A stretch of 35,504 nucleotides of DNA from a virus: IMG/VR virus record IMGVR_UViG_3300021387_000081, positions 1-35,504 of that record; one strand, written 5' to 3'. Under the pieces are notes generated by a model that was given only the letters and a program-made list of their open reading frames with translations, was not told the origin of the DNA and made no database searches. Below, one piece after another: positions 15,874 through 24,605 of this stretch. The translations under genes were made by a program, and so were the position numbers. Every line of letters begins with the position of its first letter. Position 1 is the first letter of the stretch.

Positions 15874-15918
15874 AATTGCTCCTTTCAAAATATCGAGTAA
15901 CGTAATGACATCTGATGC

Positions 15919-15942
15919 CGTGTCCATTTTCGTGTCCATTTT
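15919..15942. repeat. Tandem 12-nt repeat cgtgtccatttt x2, candidate integrase arm-type sites
   Basis: Same core GTGTCC(A/G)TTTT and same orientation as the pair at 16137-16160 on the other side of the attP core. Confidence 0.5.
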
Positions 15943-16001
15943 ATTGCAGAAAACATTAATATCCACTTTGTTTTCTTAAATCTCACAAAGAATATGGAAA
16001 T

Positions 16002-16056
16002 AAAAAAATCTGCTATAAATCGCGAGAATTTGTGCATCGCCGAATTATAGCAGATT
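16002..16056 (-). terminator. Minus-strand terminator immediately downstream of the tRNA-like attP core
   Basis: Perfect 12-bp stem aatctgctataa/ttatagcagatt, followed on the minus strand by ttttttt. Confidence 0.6.
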
Positions 16057-16063
16057 CCTTGTT

Positions 16064-16091
16064 TGGTGGAGGCGAGGGGAATTGAACCCGC
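16064..16091 (-). other. attP core: 3' fragment of an Ala-type tRNA or tmRNA (T-arm, acceptor 3' strand, ACCA)
   Basis: The minus strand reads gcgggttcaattcccctcgcctccacca. It has the TTCAATT T-loop and an acceptor 3' strand with U at position 70 (G3:U70 alanine identity type). It lies next to the integrase. Confidence 0.6.
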
Positions 16092-16121
16092 AGAATCCAC
16101 TTGAAATTCGGCTATTTTACG

Positions 16122-17156
16122 TTACTCATTCGAGTTTGTGTCCGTTTTTGTGTCCGTTTTATCAATGATATTCATAAAAAACTCATCAACAGCATTATCG
16201 ACGAGCTTTCTTTCCGAGGAAAAAGTGTGCTGATAGACAGACTTCATGATATGAGGACTGCTCCAGCCGCCGCGCTCCATGGCGTACTTGTCGGGAATGC
16301 CGAGCATCAGCATAGTTGAAGCGTTCATGTGTCTGAGATCATGGAAGGTCATGTGAGCGATACCGTTGGACTGAAGCAGCCTTGAGAATCGCTTGTAGAT
16401 AGCCTGACCGCTGAGAACAGTGAAGTGTTCCTGTTCCTCCGGGAGACGGCTTATTAGTTCCATGATATAAGGCGAGAGACTGATCTGACGTGTGCTGTCG
16501 AAGGTCTTGGTAGAATCCTTGGTGATGTTCTGTCCTTCGACGGTCACGACAGTCTCATGGATAGTGAGGATATTGCCGTTCAGATCTGATCGCTTAGCAC
16601 CTCTGATCTCGGACATACGCATACCTTCCCACAGGGCAAGCATGCAGGGAAGTTCGATCTCAGATCCGATAACAGCAGCAACTACCTGTTCGGCAGGCGG
16701 GAGCTGCTTTATTTTTTTCTGCATCTTCGGGAGAGTCGTGTGCAGGACTGTTCCCGGAGAATAAGTGTTGAGTACGGAGACCAGGAGTCCGTGAGCATTT
16801 CTGACCGTCTTAGGCGAATAGGTCAGCGCCAGCATGTTCATGTGCTTCTGGACGTCGAGCTGAGTGAGCTTGCTGACCGGCAGCGGACACAGTTCACTGA
16901 GACAGTTCCTCCGGCATTTCCTGTATCCGTCGATAGTGGTCGGACTCAGGATGTTGACCTTGCTGTTGATGTAATCATCAATGCACTCACCGACTGTCCT
17001 GCTGTCGGCGTTTACTTTTTTGCCTCCGAGCCATTCCAGAGCGGCAAGCTCGGCTTCTCTTTTTGTAGGAGCCGTGAAGGACTGCCTTTTCCCTGTCTCG
17101 GGATCGGTCACTCTCACGCGGTAATTGCCGGACGGCAGCTTCTGTGCCTTTGCCAT
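16122..17156 (-). CDS. int: Tyrosine site-specific integrase
   Basis: The start MAKAQKLPSGNYRVRV follows aaaggag. The C-terminal HDLRH...GGWSS...Y catalytic pattern is present. The upstream 104 codons of the tracked ORF overlap the ImmA gene. Confidence 0.9.
   Translation of the reverse strand: MAKAQKLPSGNYRVRVTDPETGKRQSFTAPTKREAELAALEWLGGKKVNADSRTVGECIDDYINSKVNILSPTTIDGYRKCRRNCLSELCPLPVSKLTQLDVQKHMNMLALTYSPKTVRNAHGLLVSVLNTYSPGTVLHTTLPKMQKKIKQLPPAEQVVAAVIGSEIELPCMLALWEGMRMSEIRGAKRSDLNGNILTIHETVVTVEGQNITKDSTKTFDSTRQISLSPYIMELISRLPEEQEHFTVLSGQAIYKRFSRLLQSNGIAHMTFHDLRHMNASTMLMLGIPDKYAMERGGWSSPHIMKSVYQHTFSSERKLVDNAVDEFFMNIIDKTDTKTDTNSNE
16137..16160. repeat. Tandem 12-nt repeat tgtgtccgtttt x2, candidate arm-type sites inside the int 3' end
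   Basis: Encodes TDTKTDT at the int C-terminus. Same core as the pair at 15919-15942. Confidence 0.5.
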
Positions 17157-17172
17157 GGTATCACGCTCCTTT

Positions 17173-17748
17173 CTATTTCCTATGCTCGGAAATATAGTTT
17201 TCAAACTGCTCAAACACACGCTTTTCGAGTTCGGATGCGAGAAAGGCATCTCTTTTGTAAAGCACCCGCATACGCTCTGCGCGAATACGGGCATCTTCAA
17301 GCGAGATGCTGCAAACTCTTGCAATATCGTCGGTGGAATGCAGTCCAAGTCCCCAGAGTACGCAGGCAGGTGCAAGAATACCCATTGCGAAGCGTTCGGC
17401 TTGATACTCTTCAGGAGCTTTCGGATCCGCTCTTGTACCTGTGAGCCGTGTGTGAAGTCCGCTGTCAATCAGATGCCCGAAGAAGATATGCCCCAGCTCA
17501 TGACCGATAGTGAATCGCTGGACTTCAAGAGGATCCGCGCCGTTCAGAAAGATGTTGTACCTCCCGTCACGGAGAAATACGACTCCACGCTCATCGGCAG
17601 AGAAGTAACCCGAACCGCAGTCCTTGTAAAGACCGATACCGTTCGTCCGACAGATATCGTGAAAGCTGACAGGGAGTCGGTCAACGCCGTTGTCAAGGAG
17701 GAACTGCCAAGCTGCATCGCGGGTGTTGGTGTAGAGATGATAGTTCAT
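17173..17748 (-). CDS. ImmA/IrrE-family metalloprotease (anti-repressor protease)
   Basis: 191 aa containing HELGHIFFGH (HEXXH). It overlaps the upstream HTH repressor gene by 4 nt. Confidence 0.85.
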   Translation of the reverse strand: MNYHLYTNTRDAAWQFLLDNGVDRLPVSFHDICRTNGIGLYKDCGSGYFSADERGVVFLRDGRYNIFLNGADPLEVQRFTIGHELGHIFFGHLIDSGLHTRLTGTRADPKAPEEYQAERFAMGILAPACVLWGLGLHSTDDIARVCSISLEDARIRAERMRVLYKRDAFLASELEKRVFEQFENYISEHRK

Positions 17749-18683
17749 AAGCCATCACCCTCGGTGACCTCGATGAGAATGTCGGCGGACGGCGGTTCTT
17801 TAGCGCTGTTGTCAGAGCTTGTGCGCCTTGCAGCTGCTTTGCTGCTTCCCTGTTCACTTGTTATAGCCAATGAAGTGGGAGCGATAGCTGATTTTTTCTT
17901 ATCTTCTTCTTTTCTTCTGCTAACATATTCTGAGCGTTCCATATTGGTGGTCAAGTCGTTCAGAACTTCGCGATCTTCAAGTATGGTGTCTTTTACACTA
18001 TTAACCAGTTCTTCAAAACAAATACCGCATTCTTGTTTTCTTTCTGATATTGCATTTCTTCCTTTAGCCTTTATCATGTCCTCTACGGATCTGATGAATT
18101 TATAACAGGCTTCAAAGAATGAATCGGTTTCAGATCTCATTAAATCATCATCGTTTTTATAAAAACCATGTGCTTCGTCAATTATTGCAGAATCAATATT
18201 TATAAAATACTTTAATTTATCTATATCATGGCGTTCATAAAAAACTTCGTTATAAGTCTCATCGACTGACTTGAGGATTTTTGAAGCGTAATTTCGCATT
18301 TCATCATCTTTCTCTTGGATAGCATTGTATCTATCATTTTTATTCATTCTTGAAAGACTCCTTTCAGATAAACAGCGTTTTTGTTCATGTGAAGCCGTGT
18401 TTTTAATAGCTTCCCTGCCAAAATCATCAACACTTCTGAATAATTCAATCAAATTGTTTTCGTCAGATGATAATGTATTTTTTTCGTCAACGGATGCATT
18501 ATCTGTGCCGAGAAGATAGTTGACGATTATTTCGGTTTCCGATTCTGTTAAAGATGTCTTGCCGTTTTTCCAATCGGTAAGCCTTCCGCGGTATCCGCCG
18601 ATAAGACTGTTCAGAAAGGATAGCTTAATTCCTTTTTTCTTAGCTAATTTTAGTATTTCTTCTTTTGATAGTTCTTTCTTCAT
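17745..18683 (-). CDS. XRE-family HTH repressor (ImmR/CI-like) with a long AT-rich C-terminal domain
   Basis: N-terminal HTH is LAKKKGIKLSFLNSLIGGYRGRLTDWKNGK. It is paired with ImmA and divergent from an early promoter. Confidence 0.75.
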   Translation of the reverse strand: MKKELSKEEILKLAKKKGIKLSFLNSLIGGYRGRLTDWKNGKTSLTESETEIIVNYLLGTDNASVDEKNTLSSDENNLIELFRSVDDFGREAIKNTASHEQKRCLSERSLSRMNKNDRYNAIQEKDDEMRNYASKILKSVDETYNEVFYERHDIDKLKYFINIDSAIIDEAHGFYKNDDDLMRSETDSFFEACYKFIRSVEDMIKAKGRNAISERKQECGICFEELVNSVKDTILEDREVLNDLTTNMERSEYVSRRKEEDKKKSAIAPTSLAITSEQGSSKAAARRTSSDNSAKEPPSADILIEVTEGDGL

Positions 18684-18701
18684 AAAGTCACGTCCTTTCT
18701 A

Positions 18702-18730
18702 TTGACTTCTGATAAAAATCGGAATATAAT
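18702..18730 (+). promoter_or_regulatory. Early promoter P1 with an operator in the spacer
   Basis: TTGACT, a 17-nt spacer and TATAAT. The spacer tctgataaaaatcgga is a near-palindrome that recurs at 19887 and 19916. Confidence 0.65.
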
Positions 18731-18753
18731 ATAGCTGGAGGGAGGTGAAGCGA

Positions 18754-18960
18754 ATGAGGATAACTGAAAAAGGCAAGGGACATTTTATGACTATTCTTGG
18801 TGATATTCTTGATGAAACAGATAACGAACAGACAAAGTGCCTTGCAATTATAGGTCTATGTATGCTGCGCGATTTAAACAACGTCAATCTGAAAATCTTA
18901 ACAACGCAGGAAGACAGATGTGAAAGCATGGCTGATACAGCGGATCGAGAGTGCGAATAG
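18754..18960 (+). CDS. Hypothetical early protein
   Basis: ATG 18754 lies after ggaggg/aggtg. 68 aa. Confidence 0.5.
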   Translation: MRITEKGKGHFMTILGDILDETDNEQTKCLAIIGLCMLRDLNNVNLKILTTQEDRCESMADTADRECE

Positions 18961-19143
18961 TGCTATCGTGCTTTCGTGAAGAGGGGCGTGGATCAAAAAA
19001 ATAAGCTGTCAACATAAGATAATCCGCAATAATTACAGATTACATTTTCAATATCATATTCGGATATTGAATCAGTTTCAAAAATATAATCATCTTTTTT
19101 CATACTTACAGACTTACAGACTTTCTTAGAAGGAGGTGAATAA

Positions 19144-19371
19144 ATGGAACACGAATATAAGAAAAAGATAAACCGCGCTGTACGAGTAGAAAATATAATA
19201 AGAGTTGTATATATGGAAAAGTATATAGACGAAAATAACGAGTTTAAGGTGGAAAAAACTGTCATCAGTGAGCGCCAGACCGACTGTGTAGTTACAGAAC
19301 TTGGTTCTCCGAGGCAGTCTTATGAGGCTGAAAAGATAGACAAACTGATCCCGGATGAATCTACAGACTGA
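19144..19371 (+). CDS. Hypothetical early protein
   Basis: SD gaaggagg lies 7 nt upstream. 75 aa. Confidence 0.55.
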   Translation: MEHEYKKKINRAVRVENIIRVVYMEKYIDENNEFKVEKTVISERQTDCVVTELGSPRQSYEAEKIDKLIPDESTD

Positions 19372-19375
19372 CGGC

Positions 19376-19777
19376 TCATAGCTTGATCTTCTTCATGATC
19401 AGTTTTTCTGCAATATTAGTAATGATTCTGAATGTAAGTGATGGGGATAGAGACTTGACTGAAGACCATATGCTTTCATCCCTGATCGAATCAAGATACT
19501 GGTGCCCCTGATATGTGATATCGATAACGTTTTTTACCTTCGTAAAATCGTCTTCAATTATTTCTATTGTCGTTATGAAGCCACCCTCATCTAATTTGAG
19601 GATAGTATAGTATATATCCTTCACTTCATGATGCGGCGCGCCAGAAATACTGAGCATGCTTTTTTGAATATCAGCTGCTGTAACTTCCTTGTATCCTGAA
19701 GAAGAATCCGGATCAAAGCTGCACAATTCTTCAAGTACTAATAAAACATGCCGCACGCAATCATATTCTAACTTCAT
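19376..19777 (-). CDS. Winged-helix-like protein (DUF2513/YjcQ-like pattern)
   Basis: 133 aa with SD aaaggag. The pattern L.VLEE...I.YTILKL.EGGFI...ITYQGHQYLDSIR fits this family. Confidence 0.6.
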   Translation of the reverse strand: MKLEYDCVRHVLLVLEELCSFDPDSSSGYKEVTAADIQKSMLSISGAPHHEVKDIYYTILKLDEGGFITTIEIIEDDFTKVKNVIDITYQGHQYLDSIRDESIWSSVKSLSPSLTFRIITNIAEKLIMKKIKL

Positions 19778-19789
19778 TTTATCTCCTTT

Positions 19790-19821
19790 CCGCTCAGATC
19801 ACTGAGCGGCTTTTATTTTTT
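19790..19821 (+). terminator. Canonical plus-strand terminator
   Basis: ccgctcag/ctgagcgg stem with loop atca, followed by cttttatttttt. Confidence 0.75.
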
Positions 19822-19886
19822 ATCCTCCTAAAATTTTGTGAAAAACTATTAGTTTTGTATGTATAAAATAGTGCAAACAGCCGAAA

Positions 19887-19902
19887 TCTGATAAAAATCG
19901 GA
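19887..19902. promoter_or_regulatory. Operator copy O2 (tctgataaaaatcgga)
   Basis: Identical 16-mer to the P1 spacer. It lies 29 bp upstream of operator O3 inside P2. Confidence 0.5.
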
Positions 19903-19909
19903 AATAGTG

Positions 19910-19938
19910 TTGACTTCTGACAAAAATCAGACTATAAT
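19910..19938 (+). promoter_or_regulatory. Early promoter P2 with operator O3 in the spacer
   Basis: TTGACT, tctgacaaaaatcagac and TATAAT. Near-duplicate of P1, sharing ttgacttctga.aaaaatc and tataatata. Confidence 0.65.
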
Positions 19939-20082
19939 ATAATCAAGCTATTGAACAGGGTACAGTTATCCTATAGTTTGAGAGCAGTGTGATTCTATAG
20001 GGTAATATAAATATTCTTAGTCTTATTATACGACTTTTTATACATTATGTCAATAGCTGAGTTTTAAAAAGGAGGTGATAAA

Positions 20083-20295
20083 ATGTCATTCGCAGAAAAC
20101 GTAAAGTGCCTCAGAAAGGCAAAGGGCATCACACAGGCTGAGCTCGCCGCAATGGTCGATATCTCACAGGCCATGGTTGCCCAGTACGAAAAAGGACTGA
20201 AACTGCCGACGATCGTAACAGGCGTGGAGCTTGCGAAGCGTCTCGGCACAACATGCGAAGAGCTGGTCTTCGGTCAGAAAGGAGCAAGCACATGA
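20083..20295 (+). CDS. Cro-like XRE-family HTH regulator
   Basis: 70 aa containing LRKAKGITQAELAAMVDISQAMVAQYEKG. SD aaaggagg. Confidence 0.8.
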   Translation: MSFAENVKCLRKAKGITQAELAAMVDISQAMVAQYEKGLKLPTIVTGVELAKRLGTTCEELVFGQKGAST

Positions 20296-20393
20296 AACAG
20301 ATCATAGACATCATACTGGACGTGATCCAGATCATACTCAGCCTTGAGATCATAGGAATACTGACAACCGAAAACGACGACAGAGGGAGGTGA
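20292..20393 (+). CDS. 33-aa hydrophobic peptide (speculative)
   Basis: ATGA overlap with the cro-like stop. Translation is MKQIIDIILDVIQIILSLEIIGILTTENDDRGR. Confidence 0.25.
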   Translation: MKQIIDIILDVIQIILSLEIIGILTTENDDRGR

Positions 20394-20397
20394 GTTT

Positions 20398-20640
20398 ATG
20401 CCGAAGGTAGTATTGACTGAGCATCAGAGGGAAGTCGAGCGTCTGCGGAGCAATCTGGAAAAGGTGCAGGGGAAGCGGACTAACGATGAAATGGGAAAGC
20501 TTATCGGACGCAGCGGAGTTACATATGCAGCCCGTCTGCGCGATCCTGAAATGCTGACGCTGAGGGAAGTGAGGATGATATGCGACTACTTCCGGATTGA
20601 CCGGGCGAAGTTCATGACCTCACTTATGGAGCTGACGTGA
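20398..20640 (+). CDS. Hypothetical early protein (HTH-like)
   Basis: 80 aa with SD gggagg. Confidence 0.6.
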   Translation: MPKVVLTEHQREVERLRSNLEKVQGKRTNDEMGKLIGRSGVTYAARLRDPEMLTLREVRMICDYFRIDRAKFMTSLMELT

Positions 20641-20900
20641 TGTACGAACTCGGAATTATCCTCATAGTCGCCCCACTGACCTTCATAGTCCTGCCGAACA
20701 TTTTGGTGCCGTTCATGCACTGGTGTGACGGGACGGGAGAATTCAGCCCGGAGGCTAAGTGCAGACGTAAGCTGCTGCGGAGGCTTGGACAGTGGGAAAT
20801 GGAACTCGAATGGCTCCGCGGCAGCGAGGACTCAGCAGATTACATTCACGCTGAGAAAATGATATCAATGCTCCGGAGGGAGCTGGAGGAGGTGAATTGA
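20637..20900 (+). CDS. Hypothetical membrane protein
   Basis: 87 aa with an N-terminal hydrophobic segment LGIILIVAPLTFIVLPNILVPF. It overlaps its neighbours by 4 nt. Confidence 0.5.
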   Translation: MMYELGIILIVAPLTFIVLPNILVPFMHWCDGTGEFSPEAKCRRKLLRRLGQWEMELEWLRGSEDSADYIHAEKMISMLRRELEEVN

Positions 20901-21341
20901 ATGGGACTGGCAATGACCAATGAAGAGATAGTAATGAGATACCGTCAGGCGAAGGATAAGGGCGGACAGGTCCAGATCCTTGCAGAACTCAACGCCTGTC
21001 CGGTCGAGCGGATCATAGGCATACTTACCTCGAACGGAATAGACAACAGGTGCTTCAATCATCTGAGGGGACAGCTGAAGAAAAAGGAGACTGTCGATGC
21101 GGCTGTCGAAGCTGTCAAGGATTTTGATGCGGCTCTGAGCAAAGGGCAGCAGATAGAGAAGCCGAAGAAAGTCTATAAGAAGCCGGAGATCATACCGGCA
21201 CCGCAGAAGAGAATAACAGTATCAGACGCAGTTGCGGTTATCAGGGCTGAACTCGACGACATCAGCCGTCAGCAGTATCAGCTGGATATGAGAAAAACTG
21301 ACCTGTATCAGCAGCTCTGGGATATGTTAGGAGGAATATAA
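20901..21341 (+). CDS. Hypothetical protein
   Basis: 146 aa with SD ggagg and tight coupling to the neighbouring genes. Confidence 0.6.
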   Translation: MGLAMTNEEIVMRYRQAKDKGGQVQILAELNACPVERIIGILTSNGIDNRCFNHLRGQLKKKETVDAAVEAVKDFDAALSKGQQIEKPKKVYKKPEIIPAPQKRITVSDAVAVIRAELDDISRQQYQLDMRKTDLYQQLWDMLGGI

Positions 21342-21637
21342 TGAAAGCACTTAAACTTGAAGGACACAGCGTCAGCGAGATCGAGATAGATAACACTCTG
21401 GAAGCCTTGCAGAAAGCTGTTGACGGACACATCGAGACGATCGGTATCGTCCCCGGCGAAGCAGTGATGATCGTCAACGAAGAAGGCAGGCTCCGCGGAA
21501 TGGCACCGAACCCGATAGCATCAGCTTTCGCAGGTATCGACATCGTAGGTCCTGCTCTGATCGTGGGCGTGGATGAAGATGACTTCACCGATGTGCCGGA
21601 AGATGCAGCTGACGCATTGAAGAGAATGTTCGCATAA
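21341..21637 (+). CDS. DUF3846-like protein
   Basis: Contains LQKAVDGHIETIGIVPGEAVMIVNEEGRLRGMAPN...IVGPALIVG, which fits the DUF3846 pattern as I recall it. Confidence 0.6.
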   Translation: MKALKLEGHSVSEIEIDNTLEALQKAVDGHIETIGIVPGEAVMIVNEEGRLRGMAPNPIASAFAGIDIVGPALIVGVDEDDFTDVPEDAADALKRMFA

Positions 21638-21725
21638 AGAAAAAAGCTCCCCGAAGGGAGCGAGCGGGAAGTCCCGCAAACTATATACCACCAATATAAT
21701 ATCACAGAAAGGAAGAAAAGTCAAG

Positions 21726-22385
21726 ATGTGTGAAAACAAAGAGACCGCGCTGACAGTGCAGCCGGAGCAGCTGAATGAAGTAATGGCAAAGCCGAGCGGA
21801 GGCTTCATCGAGAGCTTCCGTGAAAGCTACAAACTGGCAAGCGTGTTTGCCAAGTCGTCCCTGGTACCTCAGCAATACCAGGGCAAGACAGAGGACTGCG
21901 CGATAGCTGTCGATATGGCAGAGCGCATGGGCGTCACACCGCTCATGGTAATGCAGAACCTTTACGTTGTGAAGGGGAAGCCCTCCTGGAGCGGACAGGC
22001 TTGCATGAGTTTTATAAAGGCTAAATATGGCGATGCCGAACCGATCTATACCGGACAGCGTGGGACCGATACAAGAGGCTGTTTTGTGCGTGTGACGAAG
22101 CCTGACGGTGAAGTCATCGAGGGAGCTGAGGTCACTATCGGAATGGCTAAGGCTGAGGGCTGGTATAGCAAGAAAGATAAGTACGGAAAGGAAACAAGTA
22201 AATGGCAGACAATGCCGGAGCTGATGCTCGCTTACCGCGCAGCAGCGTTCTTTGCGAGAGTTTACTGTCCGGAGATACTCATGGGAGTTCAGGTCGAGGG
22301 CGAAGTTGAGGACATGGAACGTCCGCAGCCGCAGAAAGCACCGGATCCGTTTAATGTAACAAATGTAGAGGAGTATAAAGTATGA
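21726..22385 (+). CDS. recT: RecT-family single-strand annealing recombinase
   Basis: Contains LVPQQYQGK..DCAIAVDMAERMGV.PLMVMQNLYVVKGKPSWS, a RecT-like core. Confidence 0.75.
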   Translation: MCENKETALTVQPEQLNEVMAKPSGGFIESFRESYKLASVFAKSSLVPQQYQGKTEDCAIAVDMAERMGVTPLMVMQNLYVVKGKPSWSGQACMSFIKAKYGDAEPIYTGQRGTDTRGCFVRVTKPDGEVIEGAEVTIGMAKAEGWYSKKDKYGKETSKWQTMPELMLAYRAAAFFARVYCPEILMGVQVEGEVEDMERPQPQKAPDPFNVTNVEEYKV

Positions 22386-23815
22386 GAACCACAAAAATCA
22401 AGATAAAGAACCTTTTCGGTATAAGAGAGACAGAGCTTGACGGCCGCAGTGTCGAAATAACCGGGGCGAACGGTGTCGGCAAGACCTCGGTTATCGACGC
22501 TTTCAGGTATGCACTGACTAATCAGTCTGACCGCAGCATCATCGTTCATGAAGGCGAAAAAGAGGGCGAGATCATCATAGAGACCGACACCGGTCTGAGC
22601 ATTGACCGCCGCAAGCGCACCGAACAGGCTGACTACAAGTCTATCAAGGAAAACGGTAGAGAGGTAATGTCTCCGGAAAGCTTCCTGAAACAGCTTTTCT
22701 CACCCCTCCAGCTTGATCCAGTGGCATTCACCCTTATGACAACAAAGGAGAAGAACAGGGCTATTCTCGACCTTGTTGAGTTCGACTGGGATCTGAACTT
22801 TATCAACGAGAATTTCGGTGAGATCCCCTCCTGGGTGAACTACGAACAGAACATTCTTGAAGTTCTGAGTGATATGCAGTCCGAAAGTGGAGAGTGGTTC
22901 AAAGAACGTCAGAACGTGAACCGCGACATCAGAAACGAGACTGCATTCATCGAGGACATTGCTAAAGACATTCCCGAGCATTACCAGGCTGATACCTGGG
23001 AAAAATACGATCTCGGGGCAGCATATAAGAAACTTGAACAGATAAAGGAGTTCAACAGCCGCATCGAGCGTGCGAAGCTCTTCCGCAGCAGCTATGATGC
23101 AAAGCTCAGAAAAATTGAAGCTGATAAAATGATAGAGATATCAGCAGAAGAAAAGGCTATAGCAGCTGAACGTGAAAGTCTTCTATCAGGCATCGAGCGT
23201 ATGAAAGCAGAGATCAAAGCTAATGAGGAAAAGCTTGCCGGACTTGCTGGTAAGCTTGAAGATAAGAAAGCACTTGCAGAGAGCCGTTTCAACGAAGCAA
23301 AAACCAAACTTGATTCAGATATGAGTGTTGCTGATGAATACCTCGATAAGCAGCCGCTCGACTGTGCGGAGCTTCAGGCAGAGATCGGCAACGCCGAAAA
23401 TATGAAGCGTCACCTTAACGAATACAACCGTATGAAGTCGATGCAGGAAAAGCTCGAAAGACTTCAGGAAGTATCCGCGGAGTTTACCAGAAAGATAGAA
23501 CTTGCGAGAGCACTCCCCGGCACTATTCTCGAAAATGCTCATATTCCAATCGAGGGCCTTACAGTCAAGGACGGAATACCGCTTATCAACGGGCTTCCTG
23601 TGTCGAATCTTTCTGAGGGAGAGCAGCTCAGCCTCTGCGTAGATGTTGCCCTCTCTAAGCCGAACGGATTGCAGATCATACTTATTGACGGCACTGAGAA
23701 ACTCACGTCTGAGAACCGTGAAAAGCTGTACAGCAAGTGCAGGGAGAAAGGAGTACAGTTCATAGCCACCAGAACAACTGATGATACGGAAATGAAGGTG
23801 ACTTATCTTGAATAA
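22382..23815 (+). CDS. SMC/SbcC-like AAA ATPase
   Basis: Has a Walker A motif (GANGVGKTS), a long coiled-coil centre, and a C-terminal LSEGEQ signature plus a Walker B-like LILIDG. Confidence 0.8.
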   Translation: MRTTKIKIKNLFGIRETELDGRSVEITGANGVGKTSVIDAFRYALTNQSDRSIIVHEGEKEGEIIIETDTGLSIDRRKRTEQADYKSIKENGREVMSPESFLKQLFSPLQLDPVAFTLMTTKEKNRAILDLVEFDWDLNFINENFGEIPSWVNYEQNILEVLSDMQSESGEWFKERQNVNRDIRNETAFIEDIAKDIPEHYQADTWEKYDLGAAYKKLEQIKEFNSRIERAKLFRSSYDAKLRKIEADKMIEISAEEKAIAAERESLLSGIERMKAEIKANEEKLAGLAGKLEDKKALAESRFNEAKTKLDSDMSVADEYLDKQPLDCAELQAEIGNAENMKRHLNEYNRMKSMQEKLERLQEVSAEFTRKIELARALPGTILENAHIPIEGLTVKDGIPLINGLPVSNLSEGEQLSLCVDVALSKPNGLQIILIDGTEKLTSENREKLYSKCREKGVQFIATRTTDDTEMKVTYLE

Positions 23816-24605
23816 GCATACTCTCATATCAGAAAACTACTTCTCCCCGGAGAACGAGCTGCTCTACATGGGCAGCTCACAGTTCAAGAATTTTATGAGA
23901 TGCGAGGCTGCTGCTCTGGCGGAGATACGCGGCGAATATCAGAGAGAGGTCACGGATGCGCTGCTGGTCGGCTCATATATCGATGCTCACTTTGAGGGGA
24001 CGCTTGACGTTTTCAATGCGCAGCACAAGGAGATATTCAAGAAGGACGGAGAGCTGAAAGTCCAGTACAGGCAGGCTGAAAAGATGATACAAAGAGCAGA
24101 GCGTTCAGAGTTGTTCATGCAGTTTATGTCCGGAGACAAGCAGGTCATTATGACCGGAGGGATAGCAGGAGTGCCCTTCAAGATCAAGATAGACAGCTAC
24201 TGTGCAGACAAGTGCATAGTTGACCTGAAATGCGTGAGGGACTTCCAGCTCATCTGGAATTCGGAGAAGCAGCAGCGTCAGCACTTCATCAACTACTGGG
24301 GATATGATATCCAGGGGGCGATATATCGTGAAATAGTCCGGCAGAATACCGGGAAGACGCTGCCGTTCTACATAGCAGCTGTCACCAAAGAAGCTGAGCC
24401 GGATCTTGATGTGCTTTGGGTGCCGGACGATGATCTTGACAGTTCGCTTGAAACGGTCATGAACCTTGTCCCGCGTTTCCAGCAGATAAAGGAAGGAAAG
24501 CTCACACCTCAGCGCTGCGAACACTGCGGCTATTGCCGGTTCACGAAAGTGCTGACAGCACCCAGAAATTATCACGAGGACTGCGAGGTGTATGAGGTTG
24601 AGTAA
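23808..24605 (+). CDS. PD-(D/E)XK (Cas4/RecB-like) exonuclease
   Basis: TTG start follows gaaggtg. Contains the D...DLK motif region and a C-terminal cysteine cluster CEHCGYC. Confidence 0.7.
   Translation: MNKHTLISENYFSPENELLYMGSSQFKNFMRCEAAALAEIRGEYQREVTDALLVGSYIDAHFEGTLDVFNAQHKEIFKKDGELKVQYRQAEKMIQRAERSELFMQFMSGDKQVIMTGGIAGVPFKIKIDSYCADKCIVDLKCVRDFQLIWNSEKQQRQHFINYWGYDIQGAIYREIVRQNTGKTLPFYIAAVTKEAEPDLDVLWVPDDDLDSSLETVMNLVPRFQQIKEGKLTPQRCEHCGYCRFTKVLTAPRNYHEDCEVYEVE

Noticed and set aside
18993-19265. Minus-strand 90-aa ORF between the two early plus-strand ORFs.
   Set aside because: It has an F/S/I-rich AT-frame composition and no SD, and it overlaps the well-signalled plus-strand ORF 19144-19371.
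21640-21700. Hairpins gctccc/gggagc and gcggga/cccgc after the DUF3846-like gene as a regulatory element.
   Set aside because: They are short stems with no plus-strand T-tract. The A-run precedes rather than follows the hairpin, and there is no minus-strand gene to terminate. This is probably a weak attenuator at most.
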